NCBI GenBank assembly: GCA_051294375.1
Contig: CM119264.1
Span: 7,027,814 to 7,091,813, forward strand
Source of the DNA: Paraspadella gotoi
Taxonomy: Eukaryota; Animalia; Chaetognatha
Direction: 5' to 3'
Length of the DNA: 64,000 nt
In this document: in pieces, positions 55,751 to 64,000 of the stretch
Layout of the letters: every line of letters begins with the position of its first letter
Position numbering within the stretch: position 1 is the first letter of the stretch
Notes under the pieces: generated by a model
Database searches by the model: none
Seen by the model: the letters and a program-made list of their open reading frames with translations, nothing else
What the model was told of the DNA's origin: nothing
Translations under genes and position numbers: made by a program

Positions 55751-55798
<48 letters not shown>

Positions 55799-55855
55799 CT
55801 TTTTTTCAGACTTTCTGTTCACCTAAGTTACGATCAGTAGTTTACTTGAGTTGAG

Positions 55856-55933
<78 letters not shown>

Positions 55934-56657
55934 ATCACTTTGGTCTTTCTTCACTGATTTTTGAAAAAAAACATTTTTCTTCTTCACATTCGAAACATCT
56001 TTGTCATCTTTTTCCCCGCGGTCATCCCGAGATTGTCACTTTCCCCTGTCATCCGAGTTTTTTCCTTTTCATTTTTCTTTCGATTTGTTCAGAAAATAAA
56101 ACTTAAAACAAAAATTAAAACAAAAGTTAAATACCAAACAAAATTTGTTGCTTTTTTTTTTTTTACATTCCATTTTTCCTGTTTCGCCACTAAAATGAAT
56201 TCTTAAAAATACTTTTTTTTTCATTCAATTTATTGCTGGTCGAAATGTTTGTATAAAAAAAAAATTGTAAGAGGTGCTGATTTATGACTCAAATATATAT
56301 TACAAAAAAGGCCCTACTGTTTGATTTTGCACTAATGTCGTTCGAGTAAGTCAAATCTGGGGATGGATTAAGACATGGTCAAAAGAAGCCAGATATTTAA
56401 CGATAAAAATGAAAATAACGAATAAGCAATTAGGTATGAAAGTATATAACACAAACGCACGGCTCAAACTTACTATTATACGTTAGTACTAAGTATTTTA
56501 CTTTATTTAGAAACCTACAATAACGTTTCTCTTCTGACTATAGATATATTGATGATTTTGGTAAAAATAGACAGCCATACGTAGCGATCTACTGTATACT
56601 GTATATGTATAAGTGTATATCCGTGAGCAAGAATCAATCGATCAAGTGGAACCTTAC

Positions 56658-56750
56658 TCGCTTAGAGCCGCGGGTAAGGAAAACAGCCGAGTCGTCGAAG
56701 CGTAAGGGGAAAAAGTCGAACCTCTTCACGCGAACAAACTCGGTTGGAAA
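56658..56750 (-). CDS. Isolated candidate exon, unknown protein
   Basis: tttcacag| 93 nt |gtaagg, phase 0-0, FPTEFVRVKRFDFFPLRFDDSAVFLTRGSKR. No family recognised. Confidence 0.3.
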
Positions 56751-56919
56751 CTGTGAAACTCGGATACTGTGAAACTGTGCAGTGTGCGCGGGGTGGGATA
56801 AAAATATTAAATTTATAACCCGTCGTTACTCTTGGCAAAGTCCCGCGCGGATGTTTCCTGGTGTTGAGTTAGAAAAAGATAAAGGGAAAAAAAAAAGAAG
56901 GAAGCAGAAAAGAATATTG

Positions 56920-56984
<65 letters not shown>

Positions 56985-57179
56985 ACTGGAAGACTTGATT
57001 TATAGTCGTCGGTTAAAACCTAAGAAGCTCTGGTGCCGGAGGGAGAGGAACTGGGTTGAGGGATCGAGAAGAAAAGAAAGGAAGGAAACGAAGGGAGGAA
57101 AAGAGAGGAAAAGAAGATAAGGAAGAGAGAGAAAGATGGTATTGAGAAAGGAAGACAGAGAGGAAAAGAAAGAAAAAGA

Positions 57180-57560
57180 GGGTATTGGGAGGAGGGGGAA
57201 AAGGTAGGGTTAAAGAAAGGAAAGGGTTAAAGCAAGAAAAAGAAGGTTAAAGAAAAAGAGAAGTATTGGGAGGAGGGGAAAAGGAGAGGTTAAAGAAAGA
57301 GAGGTTGAAGAAAAAGAGAAGTATTGGGAGGAGGGCAAAAGGGGAGGTTAAAGAAAGAGAGGTTAAAGAAAAAGAGGGTATTGGGAGGAGGGGAAAAGGA
57401 GGGGTTAAAGAAAGAAAGGTTAAAGAAAAAGAGAGGTTAAAGAAAAAGAGAAGTATTGGGAGGAGGGGAAAAGGAGAGGTTAAATAAAGAGAGGTTAAAG
57501 AAAGAGAGGTTAAAGAAAAAGAGAAGTATTGAGTGGAGGGGAAAAAGGGAGGTTAAAGAT
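57180..57560 (+). repeat. Purine-rich ~55-60 bp minisatellite
   Basis: Recurring gtattgggaggaggggaaaaggagaggttaaagaaa motif. Confidence 0.85.
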
Positions 57561-58279
57561 GGAAAGGAAGACTCGATAAAAAGGAGAGGAAAGGACGTAT
57601 ACTTAGAGGATGAGGCTTTGTATTTTTTTTTTTTTCCGTTCTCCCTCAATGGGGAAAATGAAAAAATAAATCATGTGAGGGAAGGAAAAAAAAAGTTTTA
57701 AAAAATTAAGGGGGCGTATAGAAAAAAAAAAGTCTCAATGAATAGTAAATTCAGCAGTTAAGTATATAACAAAATAATATGTTTTTTATGTTCATATGTT
57801 TTACTAAACAAAAGTGATTAAAGTGATGCGTTCCAGAGGGAGATGAAACAATTTTTGATAATATTATTTTCAAGTGGATATGCGAATATTGTAAGCCGTG
57901 GAGATTTGGATTATGAAGATTGAAGTGGTCGCGTTTAAGTCAGGCAAAACTGGGGTGAACGGTTAAGTCTTAGTCTCTCGCAATATAATTCCCACTTCCC
58001 CAAATAATAAAGAGAACAATTTTCCTTCTTCCTTCCCCTTCTTCGAAATTGTCTGAACTAAAAATGGAAATGGGAAGAGGGCAATGGCAAAAATTATTGA
58101 AAATGGCAGAGGGGCAATGGCAGAGATGATTGAAGATGGCAACAGGGCGAAAGGGTGGTGACGTTGAAAGTTGGCAGAATGACCACGAAGAATATGATTA
58201 AGAGTGAGAATGGCAAGAGGGCAATGACCCGCTGAAGATGGCGGGTTACTAACTGGAAGACTCGCGTCAAAATAATTGG

Positions 58280-58356
<77 letters not shown>

Positions 58357-58475
58357 AACCAGAGGGCGGAGGATTCTGACACGAGGAGAGTCGATTGCGG
58401 TAAAAGACATCAGGGACATCAACCGACTCGAACTGACCCATTATGGAGATGAGTCACAAGAATGTATCCCTTTCA

Positions 58476-58541
<66 letters not shown>

Positions 58542-60718
58542 AACTGGGGAAGAATGGACGAAGTAAAAGAAACAGGAATAAGGTTACAGGCGTAGTGTAC
58601 TTAAAGTTTGTAAATAAATTAAACAAATAAAACCAAATATTTAAAGCCTGAAATGGAGCGAAAGAAAAAAAATTAATGCAAAAAACAGTCAGTTATGTAA
58701 AAAAATGACGTATGAAAAGAAAAGAAGAAAAGAAAAGAAAAATGAAATAGGAACATTGATATGAAAATTGACTGAGAGCAAGACGAAATTGATCAGTCAT
58801 CATCGAACCCCCGCCGCGCTCATCTGTGCTGCCGCCTCTGCCGCCGCCGCAACCGCAGTCCCCGGCCGTTTTCGATTCGCCTGATCGCGACAGCCACGCC
58901 CTCTTTTGCGCCCAGTTCTCATTCGGACCGTCCTCTTCCTTTGCGGGCGATCGTAATGGAGAGAGAGGGAAGGGGGACGGGGCAGGAAGGTAGAAAGTCG
59001 AAACGGTCAAAAAAATCAGGATACCAAAGAGTCAGTCGGTCGGTCAGTCAGTCAGTTAGTCAGTCAGTCGTGTTTGTTGTTCATGAAATCATTGAAGTAT
59101 TGAAAAATAATTTCTGCTGTGACTGTGATTAAGCAACAAATTTATTTGTGAATAGAAATGGGCTATGACCGACAAATTTTGATAATCCGAGTGGATAAAA
59201 GAAAAAGGCAGCAGGTTATGTTAATTGTTAAATAATAAATACATTCTACAATACTACTAAGTATAAGTAATCAATTTGACCGCTCTTAGTTCATTTGATT
59301 TTTTGCACTCATAATCGATTGCGTTAGTATTTACACAAACATTTTATCTGCTTGACTTAGTAAACGTTCAATCGTGAATAAAGACAGAGGAATTTTAAAT
59401 GATACACTGATAAAAAAAAGCCTAAAAAATGTTGATAAAGTGCCAATCGTTCGAAGTTCGCAACAAGTTCATTTTTCGAACTCGTGGTCTGAATGCATGA
59501 GTCTCCATCATCGTTTTAAACCGCATCGTTGACCCGAAAAGAGAACGACTACAGCCGCGGCGATGACCACAATTATGAAGACGACGACGAAGAAGAAAAA
59601 GATAAGATCTAAATGGCTTTCGACTCATTCAAGGCTGCGGGATTCAAAGCATCATCCGCCCTTGTCTGCTTTATTCGGATTTCGAACGTACAATATGTTA
59701 TTTTATTAATTGCCTCAATTGTAAAGCAGCGGAAATCTTAGGAGCGGATGACTAAAAACTTTAAATGTGGTGCGATGTTGAAAAAACTGGGGTTTTTTTT
59801 CGGTGCAATCTATTTTTAATTATTAAAAAGCGCATTTAGTTTCGCACTGATTTGTATTTAAATTTTAATGCCATGGACATTTAACAATTGGCTTGCGTTT
59901 AGCATATAGCAAAAAGAACCTATAGATGTCATCAACGTCCAAGTTTAACAAAAATCAACAAATGAACGTCGCTTTTATGGTGTTGTTTTGCATACAAGCT
60001 CGTGGAGCGAGAGGCCGGTGGAATATCATTACAGCCGCTCTGACATAAGTCCCCTTTTTCTCTTTACCCGGGTTACCACCATACATTTTCTCATTGCACG
60101 GATTTTATTTTATCATTTTCTTCTCACTCGCCGCGTTCCAATCTCTCACGTGAATGAGATTGAAAACTGTTTGTTTTTCACTCTTTCCTTTTGAATCTCA
60201 ACTGAAATCCATTCCATCAAAATGCCGGAATTTACACTAAAGGTATGAGTATTACGTTGTCAATTTACTATTTAACTTGAAAACTTTTAAAGACTGGTAA
60301 GATATATACAATAATATCAATATATGTAGAGGGTAAGAATATATGTAATGAAGAGGAGAATTTTAATCTAAGTTTCGAGGGAATTGAATAAAATTGTATT
60401 TACCATATTGAAATTATTATTGCAAAACTTATCGATAATTATTGTATAAATAATCGATGTTTTTGCATAATTGATAACTATTTATAATTATTGCTAAATT
60501 ATTGTTATTGCAATAATTCTTCAAAAAATTATAGATATTATTAATACACTAATCAATATTAATTATTGATAATTATCACAACGATTATTGATAAAATTTG
60601 CAGAATCTGTTGATATTACTGCAATAATTTTACTATTTCTAAAATATTTATTAATCATCTATAATTTTTAAAATATTTATGAACAATAATTTTATTTTTA
60701 ATTTTTATTTTCATTTAG

Positions 60719-60813
60719 ATGTTTTGTTACGATTCGCTCTGCGGTTTTTTGGTTCACGCTTTGGCGAACATTTCCGTCGAGGATGACGACGACGGTGGCG
60801 GCGGTGGCGGCGA

Positions 60814-60844
<31 letters not shown>

Positions 60845-60932
60845 GGCGGCGGCATAATCCGGCCTACGAGTTGGAACGAGTCTTCCTTCGAACAAGAGAG
60901 AAGCAGGAGCGTCGCGGGAAAAACTCTCTCGG
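60719..60932 (+). CDS. Putative upstream exon of LRR-like gene (poly-Gly tract)
   Basis: tttag| acceptor, open frame MFCYDSLCGFLVHALANISVEDDDDGGG...AGKTLS, donor g|gtgatt in phase 1, matching the next exon. Confidence 0.5.
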
Positions 60933-61172
60933 GTGATTTAACTTCTTTTTTTTTGAGCTCACGACTTTAAGTGAGATGAGAAAAATATAAAAAATAACAC
61001 ATTTGCCTAAAGAAGTCCCAACAGAAGCGGTTCACTGAATTTTGAGCCCACTCTTTGACTCTTCCTTCTCCTACCCGTTCACCAACCATTATCCTTTGCT
61101 CATCCATCAGGCGGTCACCTGTCAGTCTCCTCCTACCCGCTCACTAACCATTATCCTTTGCTCATCCATCAG

Positions 61173-61323
61173 GCGGTCACCTGTCAGTCTCCTCCGCCCC
61201 GATCAACGTCTCCTTCCTTCGCCGTCTCTTCGCCTGTCACGTCCCTCCTCCTCTCCTCGACGAGATCGCGGATCACATGACCACAATGTCGCTCACCAAA
61301 ATTTTGCTCTCGCCGCTGCAAAG
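61173..61323 (+). CDS. Exon of LRR-like gene
   Basis: Branch point cactaac and catcag| acceptor. Phase-1 entry, GHLSVSSAPINVSFLRRLFACHVPPPLLDEIADHMTTMSLTKILLSPLQ, ag|gtttgg phase-2 donor matching the next exon. Confidence 0.6.
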
Positions 61324-61614
61324 GTTTGGATCTTCTCGAGGGTAGCGACGTAAGCAGAGACTTTCCGATTTCAAAAGATGGGGTAACTTTTCTGATGTAC
61401 GTACTAATAAGCCAAAAATAGTAACCACGTAAATTACGAAAAAGGCCGGCGATACGGTATTCCGTAGGGGATTCGAAAAACGTCACTCATTAAAAATTGA
61501 ACAAGAATTAGTAAATGAAAATAAAGAAAATACTTGATTTGAGTAAATTTTGAAATATCTTTCGTATTTTACGCCCGCGATATCTTGCGTTAGAGGCGTC
61601 AACCGTTCCATGGA

Positions 61615-61702
<88 letters not shown>

Positions 61703-61737
61703 AAAAAAGCAATCAATCAATCAATCATCCCTCCCAG

Positions 61738-61889
61738 ATTCTCCCACGTCTACATCGAGTGCGAAGACCTGATGTCACGCGGATCTAAGAAGAAAATATT
61801 TTCCGCTTCGATTCGATGTCTTGAAATTTTGGACGAAGACGTCGTCGTTTTCCCCTCAACCAAAGAATCTCCCCAACTCCAAATACGCG
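61738..61889 (+). CDS. Exon of LRR-like gene (3' boundary uncertain)
   Basis: cccag| acceptor. Only the phase-2 frame is open: RFSHVYIECEDLMSRGSKKKIFSASIRCLEILDEDVVVFPSTKESPQLQIR. The donor lies at or within the following (GTCG)n array and is ambiguous. Confidence 0.55.
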
Positions 61890-62365
61890 GTCGTCGGTCG
61901 TCGTCGGTCGGTCGTCGGTCGGTCGGTCGGGTCGGTCGTCGGTCGTCGGTCGTCGGTCGGTCGGTCGGTCGGTCGGTTCGGTCGGTCGGTCGGTCGTGTC
62001 GTGTCGTCGGTCGGTCGGTCGGTCGTGCTCGTCGTCGGTCCGGTCGGTCGGTCGTCGTCGGTCGGTCGGTCGGTCGTTCGGTCGTCGGTCGTCGTCGGTC
62101 GGTCGGGTCGGTCGTCGTCGGTCGGGTCGGTCGGTCGGGTTCGGTCGGTCGGTCGTCGGTCGGTCGGTCGTCGTCGGGTCGGTCGGTCGGTCGGTTCGGT
62201 CGGATCGGTCGGTCGTCGGTCGGTCGGTCGGTCGGTCGGTCGGTCGGTCGGTCGGTCGGCTGGTCGTCGGTCGGTCGGTCGGTCGGTCGGTCGGTCGGTC
62301 GGTCGGTCGGTCGGTCGGTCGGTCGGTCGGTCGGTCGGTCGGTCGGTCGTCGGTGGTCGTCGTGG
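61890..62365 (+). repeat. (GTCG)n/(GTC)n microsatellite in an intron of the LRR-like gene
   Basis: Direct inspection. Confidence 0.95.
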
Positions 62366-62485
62366 TCTGACAGATTCGCTTTATTTGATATCGGTTGCTT
62401 ACTTTTCCAATGATCGTTCGACGAATCGGAATCAGTATTTTTTCTCGGTTTTTTGATGACCCTAATTTTTTTCTATCGCTTGCAG

Positions 62486-62553
62486 AGCGACTATTTGTCG
62501 GATATGATACCAAATCGACTGTGTCATTTGAGCCTCATGAACTCGGCGGTGAG
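62486..62553 (+). CDS. Exon of LRR-like gene
   Basis: ttgcag| ... ag|gtgaag; SDYLSDMIPNRLCHLSLMNSAV; phase-2 end fits the next exon. Confidence 0.65.
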
Positions 62554-62797
62554 GTGAAGTGTTTTTGCTTCTTTTTTTTTAAATTTCATTTTTTGATTTG
62601 TCATTTTTTTTCTTTCCGCTCCATTTTTATCAAATTATTCCTTTTTTTTAACTATAGAAGCTCACCTTTCTATATACGTTTATCTTTATTGTTTTTTTTT
62701 TTTATTTATCTTTTTACGTACAAACTTAATTTTTTCAATCGGTTTCTTTCTTTATTTCCTCCCCAACCTACTAACCCGAACCCCACCCTCCCCACAG

Positions 62798-62909
62798 AAA
62801 ACTCCGCGCGGAATGGCGTCCCAACTTCTGCCACAATTTCTTTCTCAAATTCAAGTCGATGCGACGTTTGACGTCACTGACTCTTTTCGGACTCGAAATC
62901 GATGCCCAC
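62798..62909 (+). CDS. Exon of LRR-like gene
   Basis: ctaac branch point, cccacag| ... cac|gtaaac. Reads KLRAEWRPNFCHNFFLKFKSMRRLTSLTLFGLEIDAH with an LxxLxL LRR motif; phases fit both neighbours. Confidence 0.75.
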
Positions 62910-62987
62910 GTAAACGGATCTTGTTGAATAGAATAGTATTAACACTTTTATACTATCGGATTAAAATACATATAAATTCTAATTCAG

Positions 62988-63064
62988 TTCCTGTCGGCTC
63001 TTCTGGCTCTTGAAGACAGACTTACCTGTTTGCGTCTGATCGATTGCGTCACTCCTGCCCCGAG
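62988..63064 (+). CDS. Exon of LRR-like gene
   Basis: ttcag| ... ag|gtcagt; FLSALLALEDRLTCLRLIDCVTPAP (LxxLxLxxC). Confidence 0.78.
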
Positions 63065-63309
63065 GTCAGTCTTTTTGATTGGTTTCTGATTAGTTTCAAA
63101 TGTTTTTTTTTTAAATTTGTCAATTTATTCCGATTTTATTTTCAAGTGCGGAAGAGATATGACGAAATGAAAATTTAATAAAGCTTCTCCGTCTTTTACC
63201 CCATGGGAATTCCTCCTATTCTTTCTCTTTCTATCTCTTCTTCCTCATCTTACTCCCCCTCCTCTCTTCGCCTCCTTCTCTCCCCCCCGGGCCCCTTCCT
63301 CCCTCAAAG

Positions 63310-63448
63310 ATATGATTCGGACGGTCACCTCCTCAACGATCTCATTCTCCTCCAACAATTTCCTCGTCTTCGTCTCTTCGCGTTCGTCGCCTTCGCCGTC
63401 CAGGAAACCATCATGCAAATTCTCGCCCTCCGATTACCGGCGATAGAG
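63310..63448 (+). CDS. Exon of LRR-like gene
   Basis: caaag| ... gag|gttaag; YDSDGHLLNDLILLQQFPRLRLFAFVAFAVQETIMQILALRLPAIE; phase 2 to 0 consistent. Confidence 0.75.
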
Positions 63449-63667
63449 GTTAAGGACCAATTTTGGTCGGTCCGTCCGTCTGACCTTCCGTAAATCCTTC
63501 AATGTGTTGCGACTGTATTTTTCCCGCCTCTTGTCTGAGATTCATTAAGCATTCTCATTGGCGCTCCTTCCAACCCAATCGATTGATTGACCGATTTATT
63601 TTTTTTCTTTTAATATTTAAATATTTATTTAATATTTGATTATTCACTCCTTCTCTCTACTCACCAG

Positions 63668-63846
63668 GAGATAAATCTTACCGTTCGGACATCCTCCAAG
63701 AATCGAGAACCGATGCACTACCCGCACGAGCACCACGTCGAGTCCTTCTTCAACTTCCTCAACTCCAATCTCACCCTCAAGAGGATCGTCCTTCTCAATC
63801 ACGACATCTGCGAGAGGAAAGAGCTCGCTTCGGGATGGTTCACGAG
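63668..63846 (+). CDS. Exon of LRR-like gene (gene probably continues beyond window)
   Basis: caccag| ... ag|gttcgt; EINLTVRTSSKNREPMHYPHEHHVESFFNFLNSNLTLKRIVLLNHDICERKELASGWFT; phase-0 entry consistent. Confidence 0.75.
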
Positions 63847-64000
63847 GTTCGTCCTTCGGTTTTACAGGAAAGATCCGAAAAAAAAAACAGAAGATTGGTG
63901 GACAAATTATAAGTATTTAACAATTCATTTAATTTTAAAACGACTTGACCTAATTCAAACGCTCACGTCAAACGCATTTGTCAACAAATGTTTAGTAGAA

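Noticed and set aside
61550-62513. Long overlapping ORFs rich in SVGR/PTDR
   Set aside because: Translations of stop-free (GAAA)n and (GTCG)n repeats; only 61738-61889 looks coding.

Overview
Draft-quality animal genomic scaffold, very rich in (GA)n, (GAC)n, (GAAA)n and (GTCG)n microsatellites and minisatellites, with many N gaps. Nearly all ORFs in the supplied track are low-complexity or gap artefacts. Three spliced genes are supported. (1) The 3' RhoGAP exons of an ARHGAP39/Vilse-like gene (+, 52.2-55.0 kb). (2) A multi-exon LRR-like gene (+, 60.7 kb to the window end). (3) A small secreted protein with signal peptide, furin site and short collagen repeat (-, about 23.0-23.7 kb). Mobile DNA includes an internally deleted Tc1/mariner element with TIRs and a TA target duplication (23808-24595). 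It carries a fold-back, Penelope-type minimal hammerhead ribozyme cassette, and a second decayed hammerhead pair lies at 22.0-22.3 kb. There is also a ~200-250 bp dispersed repeat (4 copies plus shortened relatives), a Helentron/HINE-like start and a small MITE. Several kb-scale inverted duplications sit next to exactly 25-N gaps and have an indel-rich arm, so they are most likely long-read gap-filling or chimera artefacts. All homology calls are from recalled family motifs; no database searches were run.
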